From a candidate division CPR3 bacterium GWF2_35_18 (GTDB lineage: Bacteria; Patescibacteriota; CPR3; GWF2-35-18), in NCBI GenBank assembly GCA_001771135.1, contig MESW01000007.1, positions 3,563 through 67,562 on the forward strand: a stretch of DNA of 64,000 bases, read 5' to 3'. The stretch's first letter is position 1. Every line of letters starts with the position of its first letter. The notes beneath the pieces were generated by a model. That model saw only the letters and a program-made list of their open reading frames with translations. It was not told the DNA's origin and did not search any database. Shown here one piece after another: positions 56,295-64,000 of the stretch. A program made the translations under genes and the position numbers.

Positions 56295-56852
56295 ATGATT
56301 ACTGACGCTATCGCTACTTTTAACGATAACAGCTCTAAAGCAATAAAAGCTTTTATTGATAAACTTTCCACCTTTCGAACAGGTAGAGCAACTAGTTCCT
56401 TAGTTGAGAATCTCATGGTTGATACCTATGGGACGAAGATGCCTTTGAAATCTCTTTCTTCCATTTCTATTCCAGATCCAAAGATTATTATGCTGCAACC
56501 ATGGGATCGAAACAATATTCCTTTTATTGAAAAAGCGATTTTAACTTCAAATTTAGGTTTAACTCCTCAAACAGAAGGAAACATTATTCGTGTTGTTGTT
56601 CCGGCTTTAACTGGAGAACGACGTGAAGAGTTTAAAAAACTAGTTAAACAAGAATCAGAGAATTCACGTGTTACAATTCGAGGTTTTCGTAAAGAAGCTA
56701 TGGATGAAATTAAGTTGAAAAAAGAGAGCAAAGAGCTTTCTGAAGATGAAGAGACCCGAGCAAAAAATGAATTACAAAAAGAGGTTGATGCAAGAATCGA
56801 AGAGATAGACTCTCTTCTAAATAAAAAAATAACCGAATTAGATCAAATCTAG
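56295..56852 (+). CDS. frr: Ribosome recycling factor (start at MITDAIATF, SD AAGGAGA)
   Basis: LSTFRTGRATSSLVENLMVDTYG ... LTGERREEFKKLVKQ. Confidence 0.85.
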   Translation: MITDAIATFNDNSSKAIKAFIDKLSTFRTGRATSSLVENLMVDTYGTKMPLKSLSSISIPDPKIIMLQPWDRNNIPFIEKAILTSNLGLTPQTEGNIIRVVVPALTGERREEFKKLVKQESENSRVTIRGFRKEAMDEIKLKKESKELSEDEETRAKNELQKEVDARIEEIDSLLNKKITELDQI

Positions 56853-56862
56853 AGACATTATT

Positions 56863-57918
56863 ATGTTTAGCACTATCGTTGTAATTTTACTTATCATTTC
56901 TGTAATAATTTTTGTCCATGAATTGGGACATTTTGTAGCCGCTCGTATTTCCAAAGTGAGAGTGGAAGAGTTTGGTTTAGGAATGTTTATTAGGATTTTT
57001 AGCATTAAAAGAGGTGAAACAACCTATTCTATAAATGCAATTCCTATTGGTGGTTTTGTAAAACTGACAGGAGAGGATGGTAGCGAGCAAGATGATCCTC
57101 ATAGCTTTGCGAGTAAACCAAAACTGACACGTTTTTTTATCCTTTCAGCTGGGGTATTTATGAATTTTATTTTAGCATTTTTATTATTTACAGTTGTCTT
57201 TTTAACAGGAATGCCACAATGGGGAGGAAAAGTATATATTGCGGATATTAGTTCAGATAGTCCTGCGTTTGAAGCTCAACTTCAAAAAGGAGATCTGATT
57301 CAAAAAGTGAACGGAACTGTTGTTGATTCGAGTGAGAGAATTCAAGAGATTACAGAAGCTAATCTAGGTAGTAAGTTGAATCTTGAAATTTTAAGAGAGA
57401 ATAATACTTTAAATATTGAAGTTTTAGCTCGTAAAGATCATCCAGACAACGAAGGACCAATGGGGGTGACTATGAGTGTTGAGCCGGTTGTTGTATCCTC
57501 TATAAAATACTCTTTTTCCCAAGCTCTTATTGAAGGATTTAAACTTACATTAAGTATGACCAAGGAAATGATTTTGGGTTTTGTGATGATTTTTACGAAT
57601 CTTTTTGGAACAGGGAAAGTTCCAGAAGGTGTGGCTGGACCAATTGGTATTGGTCAAATTATTGGAGAATTAATGAAGTTTGGAATTATTCCGGTGCTAC
57701 AATTTGCAGGTATCTTTAGTTTGAATTTAGCCGTACTTAACTTTATTCCCTTTCCTGCCTTAGATGGTGGTAGAGTTTTATTTATTGTGATTGAAGGAAT
57801 CATTCGAAGAAAAGTTCCAGCCAGAGTTGAAGGAATGATACATCTTGGAGGATTGGCTCTTTTATTGATTCTTCTTATTTTAGTTTCCTATCAAGATATT
57901 TTAAGAATCGTGAAGTAG
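56863..57918 (+). CDS. rseP: RseP-type site-2 protease (M50 with PDZ)
   Basis: HELGHFVAARI (HExxH) in TM1, central PDZ-like region, C-terminal LDGGRVLF. Confidence 0.8.
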   Translation: MFSTIVVILLIISVIIFVHELGHFVAARISKVRVEEFGLGMFIRIFSIKRGETTYSINAIPIGGFVKLTGEDGSEQDDPHSFASKPKLTRFFILSAGVFMNFILAFLLFTVVFLTGMPQWGGKVYIADISSDSPAFEAQLQKGDLIQKVNGTVVDSSERIQEITEANLGSKLNLEILRENNTLNIEVLARKDHPDNEGPMGVTMSVEPVVVSSIKYSFSQALIEGFKLTLSMTKEMILGFVMIFTNLFGTGKVPEGVAGPIGIGQIIGELMKFGIIPVLQFAGIFSLNLAVLNFIPFPALDGGRVLFIVIEGIIRRKVPARVEGMIHLGGLALLLILLILVSYQDILRIVK

Positions 57919-57940
57919 ATATTTAGAGGGAAATCAAACT

Positions 57941-58420
57941 GTGGATCGAAATCAAAATCTTCCTAAAATTTTACAACTTGATAATTTAAATAAGTTGCGA
58001 CAAAAATTCCCCAAGAAAAAAATTATTTTAATTTCTGGTTGCTTTGATATTCTTCATATTGGACATATTGGCTTCATTGAAGCAGCAAAAAAGCAGGCAG
58101 ACATTTTAGTTATAGGGATATTATCTGACAAATTTGTCAAAAAAAGGAAAGGCCAAAGTCGTCCAATATTTACGGAGATGGAAAGATTAAAGTTGATTGT
58201 TAGCTTAGAGATTGTTGATTATGCTTTTATCATGGATACTAATGATGTAGATACGGTACTACAGGAATTAAGTCCCAATTTTTATGGTATTGGAGGAGAT
58301 AGAGATAAAAATAATTTTGCCGAAAAGAGATGGCTCAATAAATATAATGTTAAAGTTAAATTTCTTCCTCGTTTTGGTGAAGAATCAACAACGACAATTT
58401 TAAAAAGGGTCTTACGGTAA
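57941..58420 (+). CDS. Cytidylyltransferase-like nucleotidyltransferase (HldE/RfaE domain II or TagD-like), GTG start
   Basis: ILISGCFDILHIGHIGFIEAAKKQADILVIGILSD (GxFDxxHxGH nucleotidyltransferase motif). Confidence 0.6.
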   Translation: MDRNQNLPKILQLDNLNKLRQKFPKKKIILISGCFDILHIGHIGFIEAAKKQADILVIGILSDKFVKKRKGQSRPIFTEMERLKLIVSLEIVDYAFIMDTNDVDTVLQELSPNFYGIGGDRDKNNFAEKRWLNKYNVKVKFLPRFGEESTTTILKRVLR

Positions 58421-58439
58421 ACACTTGCACAAAATATTT

Positions 58440-58660
58440 TTGAGGAGTATAAAGAAAAGGATAAAGGTAATTAGATCAAACAATCTTTTTGAGTGATTCT
58501 GGAAAAGTGTAAACCAGGAAAAGATTATGATTCGACCCAACCTTTTGACGAAAGAATGATATTTTATAAGAGTTAAAACCAAGGTGGTACCGCGGTAATA
58601 TTTTCCGCCCTTGGGAGTTCAATATTATCAATATTGGAATTCCTGGAGGCGGTTTTTTAG
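58440..58660 (+). promoter_or_regulatory. T-box riboswitch leader upstream of proS (T-box sequence plus terminator/antiterminator)
   Basis: AAGGTGGTACCGCGG at 58581..58595 matches the conserved T-box GGUGGUACCGCG; followed by terminator CCGCCCTTGGGAG ... CTCCAGGAGGCGG TTTTTT ending 58658; candidate CCN specifier (AAACCAGG / CGACCCAAC) in upstream stem region. Confidence 0.7.
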
Positions 58661-58715
58661 TTTAAGAATATAAAAGAGCAAAATATTTACTCTAAATACT
58701 AAAGGAGGTTTATAT

Positions 58716-60419
58716 ATGAAGTATAAAACATTATTTGGAAAAACGGTTAAGAATATTTCTTCAGAGATAAAAACCGTTTCCCATAAATTATTAATCAAAT
58801 CTGGGTTTATCCGAGAAAGTACAGCCGGAAGATACTTCAATCTTCCCTTAGGTATGAAGGTTCATAATAAAGTTATTGATGTTATTAGAGAACAAATGAA
58901 TCAAGCTGAAGCTCAAGAGATGATTACTCCGGTTCTTCATCCTATTGAACTTTGGAAGGAAACGAATAGAACGGTATCAGTGGGTTTTGAACTCACTACT
59001 TTGAAGGATCGCCGCGGAACGGAGTTTGTTTTAGGAGGTACAGCTGAAGAGATGTTTGTAGAAGTTGTAAAACAGTTTAATCTTTCATATAGAGATCTTC
59101 CTTTTAATCTTTATCAGTTTTCTTCTAAGTTTCGTGATGAATTACGAGTTCGTGGTGGTTTGTTGCGAGCGCGAGAATTTACCATGAAAGATGCCTATTC
59201 CTTTGATCGTGATGAAAAAGAGTTCAAAAAGACCTATGAAAAAATGAAGGAAACTTATACCAAAATATTTAGACTTTTAGGTCTAGAAACGGTAATTGTA
59301 GAAGCAGATAATGGATATATCGGTGGGGAATATTGTCATGAATTTCAGGTTTTGTCGGATACAGGAGAAGATCTTCTTTTTTACGTTAAGAGTCTTAATA
59401 AATATTTTAATAGAGAGATTGCTCCTAGTCAGGCTCAAAAAGTGGCATCTAAGGATGAAATAATAAAAGAGAAAAAGGATGTTTTAGGGGAAAAAATTAT
59501 TGGAGTTGAAGATTTGGCTAAATATTTAAATATTCCGGTTGAAAAAACAACAAAAACATTGTTATTTGAAGGTAGCGATAACAGGTTAATTGCCGCTGCC
59601 GTAAGAGGTGGATATGATATTGACGAAACAAAGTTAAGACGTATTGCCAAAACTTCATTCCTAAAATTAGCAAGTGCAGATACGATTAAAGAACTTACCG
59701 GGGCTGAGGTTGGTTTCTTGGGTCCTCTAAATCTTCCTAAAAAGGTTGAGGTTTTTTACGATGAATCTACAGATAGCAGGATGAATTTTGAATGTGGAGC
59801 TAATAAGACAGATTACCATACTATTAACGTGAATTGGGATCGAGATCTTCCAAAACCCACAAAATTTTATGATATTAAAGTAACAAAAGAAGGGGACATC
59901 TATCCCGAAACTGGTGAGAAATATGAAGTTTTTCGAGGGATAGAAGTTGGTAATATTTTCCAATTGGGATACCATTATAGTAAATTGATGAATGCGACTT
60001 TTAGAGATGAAGACGGCACAGAAAAATTATATTACATGGGATGTTATGGAATTGGAATCGGAAGAGCTATTGCGACTATAGTTGAAAAACATCATGATGA
60101 CAAAGGAATTATTTGGCCTGAAAACAGTGCTCCATTTAAAGTAGAATTGGTATTACTCAATACTGAAGACGAGAATGTTACGAAAGTTGCTGATAATCTA
60201 TATCAAAAGCTTAGAGATTCGAATGTGGAAGTTTTGTTTGATGATCGTGCGGATGTTTCCGCGGGAGAAAAACTCAAGGATGCAGATCTTTTAGGAATTC
60301 CTTACCGAGTAGTTGTGAGTAAAAAGACAGTAGCCGAAAATAAAGTTGAATATAAAAAAAGAGATGAAGATAAAGCTATACTTATTTCGGAGGCGGAATT
60401 TATCAAAAAGATATCCTAA
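58716..60419 (+). CDS. proS: Prolyl-tRNA synthetase (bacterial-type, 567 aa)
   Basis: Class II motifs; ProRS-specific YFNLPLGMKVHNKV, ITPVLHPIELWKETNR, C-terminal anticodon-binding domain. Confidence 0.9.
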   Translation: MKYKTLFGKTVKNISSEIKTVSHKLLIKSGFIRESTAGRYFNLPLGMKVHNKVIDVIREQMNQAEAQEMITPVLHPIELWKETNRTVSVGFELTTLKDRRGTEFVLGGTAEEMFVEVVKQFNLSYRDLPFNLYQFSSKFRDELRVRGGLLRAREFTMKDAYSFDRDEKEFKKTYEKMKETYTKIFRLLGLETVIVEADNGYIGGEYCHEFQVLSDTGEDLLFYVKSLNKYFNREIAPSQAQKVASKDEIIKEKKDVLGEKIIGVEDLAKYLNIPVEKTTKTLLFEGSDNRLIAAAVRGGYDIDETKLRRIAKTSFLKLASADTIKELTGAEVGFLGPLNLPKKVEVFYDESTDSRMNFECGANKTDYHTINVNWDRDLPKPTKFYDIKVTKEGDIYPETGEKYEVFRGIEVGNIFQLGYHYSKLMNATFRDEDGTEKLYYMGCYGIGIGRAIATIVEKHHDDKGIIWPENSAPFKVELVLLNTEDENVTKVADNLYQKLRDSNVEVLFDDRADVSAGEKLKDADLLGIPYRVVVSKKTVAENKVEYKKRDEDKAILISEAEFIKKIS

Positions 60420-60751
60420 AGTTTCTGATTTATATCCGAATTATTCCAATTTGCAACTTATGATATTGTTAATTCGGGTTAAACTCATCTACAATTATTA
60501 CAGATTACAGGAAGATGAGTATATGAAAATCTGAAGCTTGTGAGTTTTTCTAAACTTAGTTATACTAAGGGAATAAAGGTAGCAATTAGATTGTTATATT
60601 CTAGTATTTTGTATTACTGGATAAGGCAAATATACATAAATTAAAAATAAAAGATAGGTTAAATAATTATATTTAAGTATATTCCAAATAGAATAAATTA
60701 ATAATTTCGAAGGAATAATTCGGGAAATAATAAAGGGGGTGTTTCTTTCCC

Positions 60752-60952
60752 ATGACGAAGTTGGTAGCTAAAAAAGATGAATCTTCAGATAGTTTGATTA
60801 GAAGATTCAACAAATTAATCCAAAAAACAGGTCTTCTTACAGAACTAAAACGACGTGAGTTTTATGAAAAACCGTCAGAAGTTAAAAAAAGACAACTTAA
60901 AGAAAAACAGAAAAAAATCAGAAAGGCAATTCGATTAGACAGATCGAATTAG
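60752..60952 (+). CDS. rpsU: Ribosomal protein S21
   Basis: IRRFNKLIQKTGLLTELKRREFYEKPSEVKKRQ matches S21 (LRRFKR..AGVL.E.RRREFYEKP). Confidence 0.85.
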   Translation: MTKLVAKKDESSDSLIRRFNKLIQKTGLLTELKRREFYEKPSEVKKRQLKEKQKKIRKAIRLDRSN

Positions 60953-60961
60953 TCAAAGGAT

Positions 60962-61405
60962 ATGAGTTTGAAAGAAAATATTGAAACAGACCTAAAAAAA
61001 GCACTTAAAGAAGGCGATAAGTTATCGTTATCTGTTTTACGTATGATTATTGCAAGTATCCGTAACGAAAAGATTAAACAAAACGTAGAACTTACCGATG
61101 AGGAGACGATAAAACTACTTCTTCGAGAAGTAAAGATCCGACGTCAGTCAATTGAAGAGTTCAAAAAAGGAAATAGAACCGATCTAGCCGATAGAGAAGC
61201 TTCGGAAATTGATATTATTCAAAAATACCTTCCGCAAAGTTTGACTGAGGATGAGTTAGGCGCTTTAGTTGATATCGCGATTCAAAAACTGGAAGCAAAA
61301 TCTCTTTCTGATATGGGAAAGGTTATGAGTTTTGTAATGGGTAAAACAAAAGGACGAGCTGAAGGTCAAAAAGTGTCAACCCTTGTAAAACAGAAGCTTT
61401 CATAA
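60962..61405 (+). CDS. yqeY: GatB/YqeY domain protein
   Basis: 147 aa; LKENIETDLKKALKEGDKLSLSVLRMI; conserved rpsU-yqeY linkage. Confidence 0.7.
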   Translation: MSLKENIETDLKKALKEGDKLSLSVLRMIIASIRNEKIKQNVELTDEETIKLLLREVKIRRQSIEEFKKGNRTDLADREASEIDIIQKYLPQSLTEDELGALVDIAIQKLEAKSLSDMGKVMSFVMGKTKGRAEGQKVSTLVKQKLS

Positions 61406-61442
61406 TTTAGGTAATGTGTTTTAAAGTATTACATTCTAAACC

Positions 61443-61787
61443 ATGCTAAATAACAAAAAGATTCGAATTGGAATTGCTTTAGTTGACAACAAAACTATAA
61501 AAGTTTTTAATAAAAAATTCCTCAAAGTTGCAACTGAAACAGATGTGATTTCTTTTAATATTGACGAAAAAGCTCCAGATGGTTTTTATCTTCTAGGAGA
61601 TGTTTTGGTTTCGTTAGACCAGGTAAAAAAGCAAGCTAGCCAGTTTAATGCCACAGAAGCTGAGGAATTAGCACGTGTTGTTGCTCACGGCGTATTGCAT
61701 CTACTTGGTTATGAAGACAAAACTCCTCAAGAACAAAAAAAAATGAGAAATCTAGAAAATAAAATTGTGAGCAGTATCCAAAAATAA
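61443..61787 (+). CDS. ybeY: Endoribonuclease YbeY (rRNA maturation)
   Basis: HGVLHLLGYEDKT (HxxxHxxGxxH zinc motif); short N-terminus. Confidence 0.75.
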   Translation: MLNNKKIRIGIALVDNKTIKVFNKKFLKVATETDVISFNIDEKAPDGFYLLGDVLVSLDQVKKQASQFNATEAEELARVVAHGVLHLLGYEDKTPQEQKKMRNLENKIVSSIQK

Positions 61788-61793
61788 TTTACC

Positions 61794-63449
61794 ATGTCTG
61801 AAGTTTTATATCGTAAATACCGACCCCAAAATTTCTCTGAGATTGTAGGACAAGAAGCAATTACACAGACCCTTCAGGAAGCATTAGCTTCTGGGAGAAT
61901 TGCGCACGCTTATCTTTTCAGTGGTCCAAAAGGGACAGGAAAAACTACTACTGCCCGTGTACTTTCAAAAGTTTTAAATTGTTTAAACTTGAAAGGGAAA
62001 AAGAACGACAAGTTTCCTCAAGAACCATGCAATAAATGCGATCATTGTCTTGAAATCTCCCAGGGAAATTTTTTAGATCTAATTGAGATCGATGCTGCCT
62101 CAAATAGAGGTATTGACGAGATTCGGGATCTAAAAGAAAAGGTCGTTTATCCTCCTAGTGTAGGGAAATTTAAAATTTATATAATTGATGAAGTTCATAT
62201 GTTAACAAAGGAAGCTGCTAACGCTCTTTTGAAAACCCTAGAAGAACCTCCTACTTATGTCATTTTTATTCTTTGTACCACTGAGGCGCACAAAATATTG
62301 CCCACAGTTATTTCTCGTTGTCAAAGATATGATTTTAAAAGAGCATCTTCTCCTCAAATTGTAAAAAGATTAGAACAAGTTTTAAAAAAGGAAAATATTG
62401 AATTTGAAAATGAAGCTTTGATAAAAATTGCTCAAAGCTCTAGTGGGGGATTTCGCGACGCTGAAGCACTTCTTAGTAAGTTGCTTTCACTCTCCGATAA
62501 AGAAAAACTGACCAAAGAGGTTGTCACTAGAAAGCTGGGGTTAATAGAGAGTACGACAATTGCCAAGATAATTGAGAATCTTTTAGCTGGAGAGGCGAAA
62601 GAAGTGATTCTGAAATTACGAGATTTTGAGCAAAAAGGCATTGAGATTACTTATTTAATTGAGAAAATGATTGAGTATCTAAGAGTCTTATTACTTATTA
62701 AAGCTGGAGTAGAAATAGAGCTGCTTGATCTTATAGAAGAAGATTATAAACATTTCTTAACAAAATCATCTTTGTACGAAACTACTGAAATTACAGGATT
62801 GTTATATTCTTTAAGCGAAATTCTCAAAGATACTAAATATGCTTTTGTCAGTAGTCTTCCTTTGGAGATGTTAGCGATTAAAAGAAGTTTGCAAAAGAAG
62901 AAGGATCCCGGGAATAACTCTTCAAAAAGAGAACTGACGGAAAAAGGAAAAAGTTTTGATAAAGTAGAAAATAAGACTATCGAAACAGCTCCTAAAGAGA
63001 TTCTTGCGCCTGATCATATAGTGCAAGAGATTTCCGTTGTTGATGACACAGAAAATGTAAAGGAAGAAGATCAAAGGATGCTGGAACAAATCATTTTGAA
63101 GTGGCAAGATTTCTTAAAAGGCGTAAGACCGCATAACCATTCAATTGAAGCTTTATTAAAAGCGAGCCAACCAAAAGTGGTTAAAAACAAAACATTGCAT
63201 TTAGAATTTTTTTATACATTTCATAAAGAACGGATTGAAGATACTAAATCACTCCAGATTATAGAAAAAGTTTTAAGTGATCTCCTTGGACAGACTATGC
63301 GTATAAAATGTTTATTAGGAATAAAAGGGAAAAAGATTGAGCATAAGGGAAAGAATGCAAAAACTATTGCCAAAACGGAAAAAATTGTTCAAAATGATCT
63401 TTTACAAACTGCAACCGAGATTTTTGGGGGAGCGGTTTTAGAAAGTTGA
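61794..63449 (+). CDS. dnaX: DNA polymerase III subunit gamma/tau
   Basis: YRKYRPQNFSEIVGQE, Walker A GPKGTGKTT, zinc module CNKCDHC, SRC motif ISRCQRY. Confidence 0.9.
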   Translation: MSEVLYRKYRPQNFSEIVGQEAITQTLQEALASGRIAHAYLFSGPKGTGKTTTARVLSKVLNCLNLKGKKNDKFPQEPCNKCDHCLEISQGNFLDLIEIDAASNRGIDEIRDLKEKVVYPPSVGKFKIYIIDEVHMLTKEAANALLKTLEEPPTYVIFILCTTEAHKILPTVISRCQRYDFKRASSPQIVKRLEQVLKKENIEFENEALIKIAQSSSGGFRDAEALLSKLLSLSDKEKLTKEVVTRKLGLIESTTIAKIIENLLAGEAKEVILKLRDFEQKGIEITYLIEKMIEYLRVLLLIKAGVEIELLDLIEEDYKHFLTKSSLYETTEITGLLYSLSEILKDTKYAFVSSLPLEMLAIKRSLQKKKDPGNNSSKRELTEKGKSFDKVENKTIETAPKEILAPDHIVQEISVVDDTENVKEEDQRMLEQIILKWQDFLKGVRPHNHSIEALLKASQPKVVKNKTLHLEFFYTFHKERIEDTKSLQIIEKVLSDLLGQTMRIKCLLGIKGKKIEHKGKNAKTIAKTEKIVQNDLLQTATEIFGGAVLES

Positions 63450-63483
63450 AAAATTATCAGATTATTAAAAAGGAGAAAATAAG

Positions 63484-63750
63484 ATGTTTGATAAAATCAA
63501 AGAATTAAACGAACTACGTAAGCAAGCCAAAAAAATGCAGGATATGCTGAAGGAAGAAGTGATTGTAGTCGAGAAGGGTAATGTAAAAGTAAAAATCCGA
63601 GGAGATATGGAAGTTGAATGGGTAGAATTAGATGGAGAACAAAGAAAAGATCTTGCTCAAGCATTTAACGCTGCAATAAAGGAATCTCAGAAAGTTGCTG
63701 CTCAAAAGATGCGTGGACAGATGGGCGATTTCAAAATTCCCGGTTTTTGA
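63484..63750 (+). CDS. ybaB: Nucleoid-associated protein YbaB/EbfC
   Basis: 88 aa; MFDKIKELNELRKQAKKMQDML...; position after dnaX. Confidence 0.85.
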   Translation: MFDKIKELNELRKQAKKMQDMLKEEVIVVEKGNVKVKIRGDMEVEWVELDGEQRKDLAQAFNAAIKESQKVAAQKMRGQMGDFKIPGF

Positions 63751-63769
63751 AAATTGATTTAAACTATTA

Positions 63770-64000
63770 ATGCCAATTTTTATTCTACTTTCTCTATCTT
63801 TTGCCATTGGACGTGCTTTAGTCACAATATATCAGAAATATATTTCTGAATATGTAGAACAGGATTGGAAGATTTTCACCTTTCTTTTTTACTTTAGTGG
63901 ACTTTTGATGTCATTTGTCTTCTATCTTATCTCTCCTTGGAAAGTTAATATTGAAACTTTGTCTGTTACTTGGCCAGCTGGAGTAACTTTTTTCTTGGGT
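63770..64000 (+). CDS. Hypothetical integral membrane protein, N-terminal part only (runs off window)
   Basis: Own translation MPIFILLSLSFAIGRALVTIYQKYISEYVEQDWKIFTFLFYFSGLLMSFVFYLISPW...; open to window end. Confidence 0.35.
   Translation, partial: MPIFILLSLSFAIGRALVTIYQKYISEYVEQDWKIFTFLFYFSGLLMSFVFYLISPWKVNIETLSVTWPAGVTFFLG

Noticed and set aside
60346-60534. 62-aa ORF after proS
   Set aside because: Overlaps the proS 3' end and AT-rich spacer; low complexity.
1-64000. CRISPR arrays, rRNA genes, IS elements / transposases
   Set aside because: No regularly spaced direct repeats, no rRNA-like conserved blocks, and no transposase- or integrase-like ORFs were seen anywhere in the window.

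Overview
This window is a low-GC (about 30-32 percent), densely coding, housekeeping-dominated stretch from a small bacterial genome. Many universal proteins are divergent: Obg and Ndk carry insertions, L1 and S2 carry extensions, EF-Ts is short, and pyrH is absent between tsf and frr. By inference this fits a reduced, deep-branching lineage, possibly Patescibacteria/CPR-like; I could not verify that. Features in order: a minus-strand cluster of four secreted or anchored surface proteins; obg; tandem tRNA-Ala(CGC) and tRNA-Ala(GGC) running directly into leuS; comEA and a split comEC; a GC-elevated islet with a GNAT acetyltransferase; argH, argG and argS followed by a Tmk paralog that has lost its P-loop lysine; ndk; tRNA-Arg and tRNA-Pro; a solitary mreB; a ~12 kb same-strand glycosyltransferase operon; a standalone excisionase-type HTH gene; and rplL, rplJ, rplA, rplK, nusG and secE on the minus strand. 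The conserved rpmG-secE linkage is then interrupted by a ~3.5 kb segment lying next to tRNA-Trp, which encodes a membrane-anchored VirB4/VirD4-like P-loop ATPase. After that come a tRNA-Trp / rpmG / tRNA-Thr / tRNA-Tyr / tRNA-Thr cluster; an M50 protease; rpmB; fmt; mreB, mreC, mreD and PBP2; dprA and topA; a thymidylate module; rpsB, tsf and frr; rseP; a nucleotidyltransferase; a T-box leader in front of proS; rpsU; yqeY; ybeY; dnaX; and ybaB. Coding-start calls for genes longer than 60 aa come from the supplied ORF track; there the first residue is printed as M even where the codon is GTG or TTG. The tRNAs, rpmG, rpmB, a T-box leader, five terminators, three promoters and the two partial edge ORFs were read directly from the sequence. 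No rRNA, CRISPR array, transposase or integrase was found. The thymidylate module is thyA, an Rcl-like gene and folA on the minus strand, converging on a gene that fuses a DNPH1-like domain (catalytic Glu lost) to an intact Tmk. The glycosyltransferase operon holds four GT4 genes, one GT26, one DUF218, a 525-aa orphan, two GlgA-like GT5 genes and a GalT-like gene. The leads most worth a second look are the ATPase-bearing insertion at tRNA-Trp, that operon, the reciprocally degenerate Tmk / DNPH1 pair, and the surface-protein cluster.
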